From the IMG/VR virus record IMGVR_UViG_3300010201_000015, positions 1 through 28,801 of that record: a stretch of 28,801 nucleotides of DNA, one strand, 5' to 3'. The notes beneath the pieces are model-generated. The model was not told where the DNA came from. It did not search any database and saw nothing but the letters and a program-made list of their open reading frames with translations. Numbering within the stretch: position 1 is the stretch's first letter; each line of letters opens with the position of its first letter. This document shows, piece after piece, positions 16,365-25,706 of this stretch. The stretch comes from a virus (taxonomy: Duplodnaviria > Caudoviricetes). A program made the translations under genes and the position numbers.

Positions 16365-18485
16365 TTAAATGACAATTTTTAATGTATTTCCATCACGCCA
16401 TACTGTTCCTAATGGCAATCCTGTACCAGAAGATGGAACATTTGACATTGATAATACACCACTAGTGTTTATCAAAGAAGGATTTATTGATGTAACGTTT
16501 GATAGATCTCCATTTATATCATACTGTATTAAATTTATAAATGAAAATCCATTTACAAATCCTATCTCAGCTATTTTATTATTATTACTGTCAAACATTT
16601 TTAATCTGCTATCATCAGGATCAATAACAAATCTAGTTCCGTTTTCAGCACTTTGATATTTTCCGTTTACAATTATATTACCTAGATCATCCCATGATAT
16701 ATTGCCCTTTGCTAGATGTCCGCTACCGTCCATTCTAAAAATGATAGAAGCTAATCCAGCAATAGCATCATCAAGCGAACCACCGAAATAAGCAACTACA
16801 TCATCAGGGTTTACGGCCGCACCGTTTATCCCTGCTTTTTCTATCCATTCACCGCCTATTACAGCACCTAAACGAATAAGGGTAGTAAGCAATAATCCTT
16901 TATCAATAACTGTTTCATTTTGCAAAGCGGTACGCAAGTAATTCATTCCTCTGATGCTTCGTGTATTATTATTAGATGCCCTCATAGCCTCTAAGTAATT
17001 CACATCAGCCTCTTTCTTATTGCTGTCAACTTTGGCTTCTAATGCTTTTCTACGGCTATAACGTGGCTTTTCTCCGACTAAGTATTCATCTTTGCAAGAC
17101 ACAGGATATTTAGTAAATCCACGGACACGAGATACTTTTTCGCCTCCGTTAAATATCAGGCTTTTGAGTTTTACTGCTTGCCCTAATCCCATATCCATGC
17201 CATACGCAGCTACCCTAAATGGATTTGCCATACATGTATAGGTTGCGTTTTCTTCTTGTAAGCTTGCCATTTTAGCTTGTGATTCAATGAGTAGCTCTTG
17301 TTCAGCTTCTGGGGTATACTGATCGCCCACTAAAGAGATATTAAAGTTATAAAGCACATAGAAATCACCAACACGAGGGCACAACAAATCGTTGGGTATA
17401 ATCAAATCGGGGTTATCCTGATTGTTTATGATTTCAAATTCTTCTGTAGTATCGTTATATCTAAGTTCAAAATCACGTCCTGACAAGAAGCTGTTTTCTC
17501 CGAATTGAAGAGAAAGAGTAAGTCCCGGTAAGATATATTCACTACTAAAGTTCAGTCCACTATCCTTAAAGTAAAACACCGTCATTTCTATGCCATCATC
17601 ATTCTTTACTGTTCCGGTTCTAAGGGCTGTAATCGTTCCTGTACGCTTCGGATATATATAATCAAATGTAAATACCTTTTCTATAATCTGTTTCCCTGTC
17701 ATATTCGGGAAAGCGTCTATATAATCTCCGTTTGAAATTGGAAGTCTTAAGCGTTTTTGTACAATAGCGTCTACAACCTCACTGCTTCCTGTACTTCTGT
17801 AGTTTGATGGGATATTACGAGTACCGCCAAAAGCATACATACGTGTACAATATTCGTCACTATTTTCATTTGAACGTGTAATGTCTATCAATTCTATTTC
17901 TCGCCTTAGTTCCATCGGTTCGCCTTTTGAATAGCTATACACTAGATTGATAGTTTTAGCCTCATAGTCTACATACCATTCGCAATTGAACGCTTCAGCA
18001 ACGTCTGTAAGCATATCAAAGACATTTTGGGAACTAAATGTAAGGTTCTGCATATCGGTAGGCTCTACAATTCCGATGGTCCATGTTTCTCCTGTATATG
18101 CATTTATGTTATCACAGGCTATCTGTAAGAAGTTTTCAGCATGCTCCATTAGTGTCCATTCTGCTTCTTTCAATCCCTGATAGATATACCAACATATAAA
18201 GTCCTGCCAGAACATTTCAGGAGCTTCAAATTTTGGCTCATACCTATAATTCTGTAATCCGTTTTCTGTTGGCTGACAATCGGTACGTATGGCATATCTT
18301 ATGCCTTTATAGTCTATATAGTCAGCGCGCACAAAGTCATATTTTATTGTTAGCGGAAATGTGAACTGAACATAATGTTCTGACATTAGTTCATTAGCTT
18401 GCTTAAAATCGTTTGGAATGTCTAAACGCATTTTAGGTTCATTCCATGCATTGTATATCGTTAAATCGTTACCTATTGTAATCAT
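16365..18485 (-). CDS. Tail tip/hub protein
   Basis: 706 aa directly after the tape measure. ELMSEHYV, CTRMYAFGGTRNIPSNYR, KRLRLP, IYPKRTG and C-terminal GTVWRDGNTLKIV. Confidence 0.8.
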   Translation of the reverse strand: MITIGNDLTIYNAWNEPKMRLDIPNDFKQANELMSEHYVQFTFPLTIKYDFVRADYIDYKGIRYAIRTDCQPTENGLQNYRYEPKFEAPEMFWQDFICWYIYQGLKEAEWTLMEHAENFLQIACDNINAYTGETWTIGIVEPTDMQNLTFSSQNVFDMLTDVAEAFNCEWYVDYEAKTINLVYSYSKGEPMELRREIELIDITRSNENSDEYCTRMYAFGGTRNIPSNYRSTGSSEVVDAIVQKRLRLPISNGDYIDAFPNMTGKQIIEKVFTFDYIYPKRTGTITALRTGTVKNDDGIEMTVFYFKDSGLNFSSEYILPGLTLSLQFGENSFLSGRDFELRYNDTTEEFEIINNQDNPDLIIPNDLLCPRVGDFYVLYNFNISLVGDQYTPEAEQELLIESQAKMASLQEENATYTCMANPFRVAAYGMDMGLGQAVKLKSLIFNGGEKVSRVRGFTKYPVSCKDEYLVGEKPRYSRRKALEAKVDSNKKEADVNYLEAMRASNNNTRSIRGMNYLRTALQNETVIDKGLLLTTLIRLGAVIGGEWIEKAGINGAAVNPDDVVAYFGGSLDDAIAGLASIIFRMDGSGHLAKGNISWDDLGNIIVNGKYQSAENGTRFVIDPDDSRLKMFDSNNNKIAEIGFVNGFSFINLIQYDINGDLSNVTSINPSLINTSGVLSMSNVPSSGTGLPLGTVWRDGNTLKIVI

Positions 18486-18487
18486 AG

Positions 18488-21400
18488 TTAAATATTATCA
18501 AGTTTCCTATTCATTGAATCTATACCGTCTTTTATAGGTGATAAATTAGCCGTGTCACCTTTTATATCACGAACCAAATAGAACATCTGTATTGCTATAT
18601 TCCTATATTCTTCTATCATACGTTCAATCCTTAACGATGATTGACTTAATGCACCTAAAGGCATAGCAATAGTATCAAAATTGAATTTCTCGCTTACTGG
18701 CTGATTCCATTGTGCTATACGAGCTACATTATTATCAATAGATATAAGGCGCATTTGAGAGCTAGTTTGTATTCCTATAAGCTTATCCCCTGTGTCTTGT
18801 GACATAGAAACTGAATAACCGGAAGATGGAGTTTGAGAAGAACTGCCTACCTCTTTAGGATCAATACCAAAAGCACTGAATATTTTGTCTAATTCTTTGC
18901 TATTTGTATTGAGTATATCTGTTAATCTTTGCTTCCAGTCATTTGCTGCACTCGCATCATAATTTCCGCTCAAGAACATATCAGCTAATTCATCATACAT
19001 TGGCTTCAATGCATTAGAAAGTATCTGGTATTTAAAAGATGATAGAATAGCATTTGTTAGTTTTTCTTCTGTAAAATCTGCAAGACTAGCTACATTCCCT
19101 CTTAAGTCACTAATTGCATTTGCTGCATCTGATAAGAAACTATCGAATGATGTCCCGGTTGCAAACTCATCCATTTGTTGACTTAATTCTGCTATCTGAT
19201 CAGTCCATTTTTGAGTTTCTTCATCTGATCTGGCTATTTTATCAGCTATATCCGACATGCCCTTCCATCCTGTAGCACCAAGTCGCCTAAAAGCTTCCTC
19301 ATTATCTATTATTCCATCTTTCCAGTCTTTTAATATTGATATAATTGGCTTTGCCTGATTTCCTATGGCATCACCAGCAGACCCTTTAACAAAGTCTTTA
19401 TATAATGAATCTAATGTTTTATTTGTATCTGAAAGTATACTATCAGAGTTTTTCTTTGCTATTTCAAAGTTTTTTCTTGCTTCATCTGATTGCTTAACAA
19501 GTGCCTCCCATGCTGAATAATCAACATCTGAGATAAACCCTTTGTCTATTAGCCATTGTAATGCTTCTAGGTTATCTTTAAATGCTCTCGCATAGTCTAT
19601 AGATGAAATGAGATCATAATTTTGTTGTCTTAAATCTATATTGTATTGCTGTTGAAGCTTATTTATCTCTCTTTGTATTTCGGATTGTCGTTCTTTTTGC
19701 GATATAAAGCCTGTAATAAAGGTAGATACAATACCCATCCCAGAAGCAGCAGCGCCCATAAAGTCGCCTGTAGCGAATGATGCAATACCAGAAACAGCAT
19801 TGGTAAGCATACTTAAATCAACTCCTGTTATATTTGATAAACTTCCTGTAATCTCTTTAAATATTCCTGCAATTTCAGCTAATTTTTCTTCTGGCGTTTT
19901 CTCCAATTCTTTATTCAGTATTTTAAGCCGAAGGAAAGCCTCTCTTAATTGCCTTGCTAGTTCATCATTATTAGGGTCGTTCATTACCCTTTTTTCTAGA
20001 TCGTTGAATATTTTCTTCTGGTCTTTTATCTGTTGCTCTAATGAAGATTTACGTTTGTCGGATTCAAAGAAATACCTTTCTGTTGTTAATTCATTGTATT
20101 TTTGGTTGTATTCTGCATCTGATTCCAATTGACGTTGATGCGCTTGTAGACGAGCTTCTATAATCTCTCTACTCTCATTTTTTTCTATTTGCTTTATTAG
20201 TTCTGAATTACCTTTAGCTAAGTCCCTCCGTTCTTTATAATGTTTGCGTATAGAATATATCTGCTGATCTAACTGAGAAGCAAATGTCAATTTTTCTTCA
20301 TCTGCAAAATCTTTTTGTTCTTTTGCTATATCTTCGTTTCCTTTTTTCCATGCAGCTAATGAAGCATCAGTTCTTTTCTTTATTTGGGCTTCTATATCAG
20401 CATTACTTAAGCCTTGAGGCAATAGTGTTTTATCAAAAGTTGCAAAATTAAATCCGGTATCAGTTCCATTATTTTTTATGTAAATATTCTTAGCTGCTTC
20501 TTGCTGATCTTTTATCATCTTTTGCCGGAACTCTTCTGTAGCTATAAGTTCCTTAGCCATATTCAACTGATTTTGCCGATATCGCTTGTCAAAGCTGTCC
20601 TGCTCTATATCTAACAACTTTTGTTCATATTCGAGTTGTTGTTTTATTGATTCGCTATCAAGTTCGGCTTGAAGATTCAATAATTTAAGTGAGGCTTCTC
20701 GTGCTTTATCGGCTGCTGTCTCTGCTTTTTTCTCAGATTTTCCAGAAAAATCCCAGATACCTAATTTAACTTTAGCAGTATTAAGCTTATCAAGTTGCTT
20801 TTTCCATTCCGATGTTCCTTTTTGGGTTTCATCCATTAATTCTAAAGCATCTTCAGCGTCTTTCTTTTCTTTCTCCCAGAATGATTTGTTTTTAGATACA
20901 GGTTTATCCGATAGTTTATTTTTAGTATCTTCAATTCTAGATAGAACATCACCTAATTGCTTATTTAATGATAAAAATAACGGACTGAATTTAGTCCATT
21001 CATGCTTAACTCCTTCTATATTTGGAATTTGTTTTTCTATCAATAACTTTTGATTCTCCAACTGCTTTAATTGATCTTCAAGTATTTTTTTTCTTTCAGA
21101 TTCAGGTAAAGCCATTAATTCAGCTTCTTTACGAGCCTCTTCTCTTTTTGATTTTTCTTTTTCTAATAAATCTACAGTTCCTTTTAATGTTTCTCTAACG
21201 TAATTAGCCGATGCGCCTTCTATACCTAGTTCTTTACTTATTTCTTTTAGTACAGAAACGCCTTCATTTACTCCCTTCAGCCCATTACCGCTAGGAGCAT
21301 TCAGTCTATCAATAATTTTATTATATTTAGATATGGTTTCTTCTATAACATTTCCAGAAAGTTCAAATGCAGACTGATCAATGATCTTCTGTTGCTCTTT

Positions 21401-22798
21401 TAATGATAAACTTTTAAAATCAGAGAATGATTTATTCCCTAAATATTTTTGATGTTCTTTTTGTAGCTCTTTATAGGCAAGTATTTGCTCTTGTATTGAT
21501 TTAGTCTCTGAATTAATAATATTAATTAGCTGTGATGATTTACTACCTAGTTCATCTTTCTTAGATTTTGAATCATCTATTATTTTATTCAGATTAGTTT
21601 GTGCGCTCTCTTGTGCAGTAGTAGCATCATTTAAAGCCCAGATTGTAACAATTAATCCAACAATAGCAGTTGCCGTTAATACGTAAGGATTAGCCAACAT
21701 TGTAGCATTTAAAAGTTTCTGAGCTTTCTCAACTAACAATAGTCTATTATAAGTAATAAGTTGTACAGTATTCCATCCTGATTCTGCTGCTGTGGCAAAT
21801 ACCACAGCAGCTTTATAAACCCCATAAGTAGCAATTAACCCAGCAATAGCTTTTCCTACAGCCTCATAATTCTCAACTAGTGAAATTGAAAGTTTATATC
21901 CTCCTGATATTAGTTCATTCTGTGATTCTCCTATTTTATTATAAGCATCCTGTAATCCGCCTTGTAATTGTGCTTTCAGACCATTTATACCTTCAGCTTG
22001 CTTTTGTGTCATTCCGTAGAATTTGCCTCCCTCTGATGTAGCAGAACGGAAAGCATCGGCAACCATATCAGAAGAAATAGATCCAGCTTCCATATCTTTT
22101 TTTAATTCACCGATCGATTTACCTGTCTTTTCTGAAATAGTCATCAATGGATTAAATCCTGCATTTATCATTTGTAGCAAATCCTGTCCCATTAACTTAC
22201 CTGTAGCAGACATTTGGGCGAATGCGAGAGTAAGCGATTTAAACTTTTCCTCATTTCCCATAGATATATCACCTATTTGCCTTATAGTCGGCATAATCTT
22301 ATCAGAAGCTATCCCGAAACCAAGTAGTGTCTGTGCTGCTGTTGAAACTCCTGTAAGAGAAAGAGGACTTTCAACAGCAAATTTTTTAAGTTCTTCAGTA
22401 AATCCAGACACGCCTTTACCACCTAATAAAACTTCGAATGATGATTGCAGCATTTGCATTTCACCATATACATTAATTAATTCTGATCCAAAAGATTTAA
22501 GACCTGCTACGCCAAAACTTATACCACCTATAGCAGCTCCTTTCTTTAATAAATCCACTAATCCATCAGATGTAGATCTAGCAGCTCTTTCTTGCTCTTT
22601 AGAATATTTATTAACTTCTGACCGAAGGTTATTATATTTTATTGTTGTTTTTTGGAGCTCATTATTAAGCTTGTCATAATGAGCAGGGTTAGCTGACCTT
22701 TGCATACTTGATAAAGATGCTGAAAGCTCATCTATCTTTCTCTTTAGGTTAATAACCTCTTGGGCGTTCGCCTTTATATTTATTGCTGATCCTGCCAT
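18488..22798 (-). CDS. Tail tape measure protein
   Basis: 1436 aa, helical, Ala/Lys/Glu-rich. IGDISMGN...LAFAQMSATGKLMGQDLLQMINAGFNPL tape-measure domain and hydrophobic ANPYVL segment. Confidence 0.95.
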   Translation of the reverse strand: MAGSAINIKANAQEVINLKRKIDELSASLSSMQRSANPAHYDKLNNELQKTTIKYNNLRSEVNKYSKEQERAARSTSDGLVDLLKKGAAIGGISFGVAGLKSFGSELINVYGEMQMLQSSFEVLLGGKGVSGFTEELKKFAVESPLSLTGVSTAAQTLLGFGIASDKIMPTIRQIGDISMGNEEKFKSLTLAFAQMSATGKLMGQDLLQMINAGFNPLMTISEKTGKSIGELKKDMEAGSISSDMVADAFRSATSEGGKFYGMTQKQAEGINGLKAQLQGGLQDAYNKIGESQNELISGGYKLSISLVENYEAVGKAIAGLIATYGVYKAAVVFATAAESGWNTVQLITYNRLLLVEKAQKLLNATMLANPYVLTATAIVGLIVTIWALNDATTAQESAQTNLNKIIDDSKSKKDELGSKSSQLINIINSETKSIQEQILAYKELQKEHQKYLGNKSFSDFKSLSLKEQQKIIDQSAFELSGNVIEETISKYNKIIDRLNAPSGNGLKGVNEGVSVLKEISKELGIEGASANYVRETLKGTVDLLEKEKSKREEARKEAELMALPESERKKILEDQLKQLENQKLLIEKQIPNIEGVKHEWTKFSPLFLSLNKQLGDVLSRIEDTKNKLSDKPVSKNKSFWEKEKKDAEDALELMDETQKGTSEWKKQLDKLNTAKVKLGIWDFSGKSEKKAETAADKAREASLKLLNLQAELDSESIKQQLEYEQKLLDIEQDSFDKRYRQNQLNMAKELIATEEFRQKMIKDQQEAAKNIYIKNNGTDTGFNFATFDKTLLPQGLSNADIEAQIKKRTDASLAAWKKGNEDIAKEQKDFADEEKLTFASQLDQQIYSIRKHYKERRDLAKGNSELIKQIEKNESREIIEARLQAHQRQLESDAEYNQKYNELTTERYFFESDKRKSSLEQQIKDQKKIFNDLEKRVMNDPNNDELARQLREAFLRLKILNKELEKTPEEKLAEIAGIFKEITGSLSNITGVDLSMLTNAVSGIASFATGDFMGAAASGMGIVSTFITGFISQKERQSEIQREINKLQQQYNIDLRQQNYDLISSIDYARAFKDNLEALQWLIDKGFISDVDYSAWEALVKQSDEARKNFEIAKKNSDSILSDTNKTLDSLYKDFVKGSAGDAIGNQAKPIISILKDWKDGIIDNEEAFRRLGATGWKGMSDIADKIARSDEETQKWTDQIAELSQQMDEFATGTSFDSFLSDAANAISDLRGNVASLADFTEEKLTNAILSSFKYQILSNALKPMYDELADMFLSGNYDASAANDWKQRLTDILNTNSKELDKIFSAFGIDPKEVGSSSQTPSSGYSVSMSQDTGDKLIGIQTSSQMRLISIDNNVARIAQWNQPVSEKFNFDTIAMPLGALSQSSLRIERMIEEYRNIAIQMFYLVRDIKGDTANLSPIKDGIDSMNRKLDNI

Positions 22799-22802
22799 GT
22801 TA

Positions 22803-23183
22803 TTATATTTTTCTTGCTTCTGATTCTACTTTTAAAAACCCACTACTTACCACGTCATATCCTTTGCCCTCTACGTAGGTGCAATACTCCATTCCATTAC
22901 CGCATACAAGTTCTATTCCTGTACCATCCATGTATTTATCCAAGAAATAACTCATAGCAGGTAAACCAATGCTTTCGTATAGCACTTTCCCATCTTTATA
23001 TAGTCTGTAAGAATTTGCATTTCTTAGATTTCCTGTCCGGTCTTTGTAGCTTCCTTTTTGTCTTGATGTACCTACGTATATTTCACCGATACGCATCATT
23101 TTTAAGATAAGTTTCCTCTCCTGTGCTTCAATCTCCCTGAACACATCATCAAATCCGCTTAGGTCTACATCTATCTTTATCAT
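22803..23183 (-). CDS. HK97 gp10-like tail completion/morphogenesis protein
   Basis: GSYKDRTGNLRNA and GMEYCTYVEGKGYDV motifs. Confidence 0.65.
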   Translation of the reverse strand: MIKIDVDLSGFDDVFREIEAQERKLILKMMRIGEIYVGTSRQKGSYKDRTGNLRNANSYRLYKDGKVLYESIGLPAMSYFLDKYMDGTGIELVCGNGMEYCTYVEGKGYDVVSSGFLKVESEARKI

Positions 23184-23413
23184 CCTTTTATATTGTTACC
23201 GAATAGTTCATCGCTACTTTTTCTTCTTATTATATCCCCTGTTGCTTCTCGCTGTTTATCGGACTGCATCATAACTAAGTTTCGGTATGGAATCAACTCA
23301 AAAACGTCTTTGTATGACAGGTGCAAACTATCCATGAATGAGGATATTTGACCCATCATTGTATCACCACCTATTATAGTGGTCTTGCTATTATTTTTGC
23401 TGCGCTCAAGCAC
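23180..23413 (-). CDS. Tail assembly chaperone, T-like segment (probably made by -1 frameshift from the upstream gene)
   Basis: Lies in the -1 frame relative to 23374..23790 and stays open upstream through the slippery run GGAAAAGGTTTTT. Confidence 0.65.
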   Translation of the reverse strand: MLERSKNNSKTTIIGGDTMMGQISSFMDSLHLSYKDVFELIPYRNLVMMQSDKQREATGDIIRRKSSDELFGNNIKG

Positions 23414-23790
23414 CCTTGCGCACTTCGAAAAACCTTTTCCTTGTCTATAAGGCTTAATATGGTATCTACTGCAATATCTATTTCATCTTGCGAAACGCTC
23501 GGATCTTCATTTATCCATCCGTTGTATATCTTATCTGCTAGCTGAATATCAGCTTCAATGAATCTGCTTATTCCTCTTAGCTGATGTTTCGATATTTCTG
23601 GTATTTGAGTGACTAACGATAGGTTAGTTTGATCTTTAAAGTTTAAATCTATTTTAGCCCACTCATTAAGTCCTAGACACATTGTTTTGATAGTTGGTGC
23701 TTTGACTTCATAGGCTTTTCCTCCTAGAAATATCGTCTGAGTATCTAATCCTAATAATGCTTCTGATACTAATTTCGCTCCTTCGTTCAT
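23374..23790 (-). CDS. Tail assembly chaperone (G-like)
   Basis: Sits between the major tail gene and the tape measure, overlapping a -1 frame ORF. Confidence 0.75.
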   Translation of the reverse strand: MNEGAKLVSEALLGLDTQTIFLGGKAYEVKAPTIKTMCLGLNEWAKIDLNFKDQTNLSLVTQIPEISKHQLRGISRFIEADIQLADKIYNGWINEDPSVSQDEIDIAVDTILSLIDKEKVFRSAQGCLSAAKIIARPL

Positions 23791-23802
23791 ATGCTTTTAA
23801 AT

Positions 23803-23838
23803 AAAAAAGGGATAGGTGACATTCACCCACCCCCTTTT
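23803..23838 (-). terminator. Intrinsic terminator after the major tail gene
   Basis: Minus strand AAAAGGGGGTGGGTGA-ATG-TCACCTATCCCTTTTTT. Confidence 0.75.
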
Positions 23839-23856
23839 GGTTATTTATTCTTTCTA

Positions 23857-24429
23857 TTATCCTATAACGGCTGCATCAACAGCAGATTTGCGAATCTGAG
23901 CAGCTGCCTCAATTGCTGTATCTGGAACCATTGCAGTTGCAGTTACCAAAATAGCTGCTGCGTTATCAGTGGTTGAGTCTCTAGCCTGAATAAATGCCTT
24001 CGGAAATACGATATACACACCATCATCAGTCAAAGCAACTACTGTTTTGTAGATATCCTGCTTAATTTGCGGAGCCATGTATTTATCTGCGCTGCCTGTA
24101 CCGCCTTTAAATGCGGCAACTACCGGAAAATCGAATTTACCGATAGCAAATGAGAACACTTTAGCACCTTTTGCAGTTGTTCCACCTCTGTATACTTCGC
24201 CTGTTAGCTGATCGGTATAGAAGTTAGAGGTATCTTCGGCCTCGTCATAATTCCATGTATCTTGATGTACATTAGGAACTTTTTTTGTATCTGCGTCCGC
24301 TAAAAACGCTTTTAATTCGGCTGGCTGTAATCCTGATGTAGATGTACCGTCAACAGGTGGAACGGCTGCCGTAATTAAATTAGAATTGTAAAAAATAGCG
24401 GATACACTTATTCTTGAAATGTCTGCCAT
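23857..24429 (-). CDS. Major tail (tube) protein
   Basis: 190 aa with VPNVHQDTW and VALTDDGVYIVFPKA. Follows the head-tail genes and precedes a terminator and the chaperones. Confidence 0.8.
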   Translation of the reverse strand: MADISRISVSAIFYNSNLITAAVPPVDGTSTSGLQPAELKAFLADADTKKVPNVHQDTWNYDEAEDTSNFYTDQLTGEVYRGGTTAKGAKVFSFAIGKFDFPVVAAFKGGTGSADKYMAPQIKQDIYKTVVALTDDGVYIVFPKAFIQARDSTTDNAAAILVTATAMVPDTAIEAAAQIRKSAVDAAVIG

Positions 24430-24434
24430 AATCT

Positions 24435-24857
24435 TTATAATTTAAAATTTGAATTTGTTACTTTTAATCTTACATTTAAGAAGTCGCTCCACGTTTCGGG
24501 GTCATCTTCTTGTACGATATCTTCTAATCTGTAGTAAATAGTATCTGTTCCTAGTGACGTGAATGTTCTTTTATAGAATAACCCGGTACATACTCTTTCA
24601 AGTTCTGTCAATCTAGCCGTATTTGGGAAATACTCACCGCCTGTTTTAATTTTAGGCACGTAAACACATATTCTCGCATATGTTCCCTGCCAATCACTAT
24701 TATCAGTAGCATTTACGATTATTACTATCCTTTCTTTTACGGTTTGTTCAGTAACTGCCTTGTGCTTATCCTTAACTATTTCAGGAAATGCACCTAAAAC
24801 TGGATCTTCTTTAACCTTTTTGAATAGGATAGTCTTTATGTCGTTGGATGCTATCAT
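24435..24857 (-). CDS. Putative tail terminator protein
   Basis: Size and position immediately before the major tail gene. Confidence 0.6.
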   Translation of the reverse strand: MIASNDIKTILFKKVKEDPVLGAFPEIVKDKHKAVTEQTVKERIVIIVNATDNSDWQGTYARICVYVPKIKTGGEYFPNTARLTELERVCTGLFYKRTFTSLGTDTIYYRLEDIVQEDDPETWSDFLNVRLKVTNSNFKL

Positions 24858-25183
24858 ATATAAATCTGCGTATAATTATTACCCATTCCGCTAGTATGCT
24901 TGATATCCTCAATCGTTCCTTTACCTCTTACGTTGTTGTTTGATTTCTCCCTAACTTCTACTGTATCTTTCAGTTTTAAAGTATCATTCCTATCTAGGTT
25001 GACTTTCTTTGTGGCGTTTATACCTACACCGGACAATCCTATTTGTTCCTTTATCGAAATATCATGCAAAAAACAATCACATAAATATTCGGTTGTAGGT
25101 TCTGAGGTGTGCCAGTTCCCGTCATCATCCTGATAAGATGTTCCTTCTTTTATAATATACAGTCTATGAGGTTTGAAATACAT
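24854..25183 (-). CDS. Putative head closure / head-tail adaptor
   Basis: Position; QDDDGNW...YLCDC pattern; beta-rich. Confidence 0.6.
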   Translation of the reverse strand: MYFKPHRLYIIKEGTSYQDDDGNWHTSEPTTEYLCDCFLHDISIKEQIGLSGVGINATKKVNLDRNDTLKLKDTVEVREKSNNNVRGKGTIEDIKHTSGMGNNYTQIYI

Positions 25184-25185
25184 AA

Positions 25186-25509
25186 TTACCAGATATCAGA
25201 AGCGTCACTAATCTTTGAAATATCGTTAAGAGTGTCTTCAATGCCAAGTTCATTACATAACCAAGCGTAATAATTCTTAAGGGCATCATTGTCATACGAG
25301 ATTGAGAATCCACTTTCAGAAATGGATTTCGGGCGCAATAATAATTGAGGTATAACACTGCCAACTAAGGCTAGATATACATAATTCTTATTTTCTTGCG
25401 TAAACTCGTCAGTCAATGAGACTGTCATAGATATATCAGCCAAGTCAGCCTCCGAGAGGTTAATCCCGAAGGTCTGAAACTTGCTTGTTATGTAATCTTT
25501 TATTGTCAT
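25186..25509 (-). CDS. Putative head-tail connector (DUF6706-like)
   Basis: MTIKDYI...SISESGFSISYD...YYAWLCNELG; second gene after the capsid. Confidence 0.65.
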   Translation of the reverse strand: MTIKDYITSKFQTFGINLSEADLADISMTVSLTDEFTQENKNYVYLALVGSVIPQLLLRPKSISESGFSISYDNDALKNYYAWLCNELGIEDTLNDISKISDASDIW

Positions 25510-25706
25510 TTGGATGCTTTCTTAGGCTCTTTTTTAACCTCCGGCTTTTCGTCCTTGACTTCTTCTTTAACCTCAATTTCAATTAATCCCCTAGACAGCA
25601 GGTCGTCTATTCTTGATTTTTCAGAAATATCAATGACATCGCCCGGTTTATACTCCTTCGAAAAGTCGTATTTATCTACGAACTTGCTTAATACTTTTAC
25701 GTTCAT
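25506..25706 (-). CDS. Small post-capsid protein
   Basis: FVDKYD...YKPGDVI...RIDDLLSRGLIE plus a charged tail; ATGA overlaps on both sides. Confidence 0.75.
   Translation of the reverse strand: MNVKVLSKFVDKYDFSKEYKPGDVIDISEKSRIDDLLSRGLIEIEVKEEVKDEKPEVKKEPKKASK

Noticed and set aside
22023-22679. 218 aa plus-strand ORF
   Set aside because: Antisense shadow of the tape measure gene; no motif or promoter support.
24535-24542. Additional ACTATTTA box upstream of the major tail gene
   Set aside because: Inside a CDS and lacks the GTAnnTTTA partner at the 50-bp offset.
25164-25364. 66 aa alternative-frame ORF as a frameshift extension of the connector gene
   Set aside because: No slippery site identified, and the neighbouring genes already tile the region.
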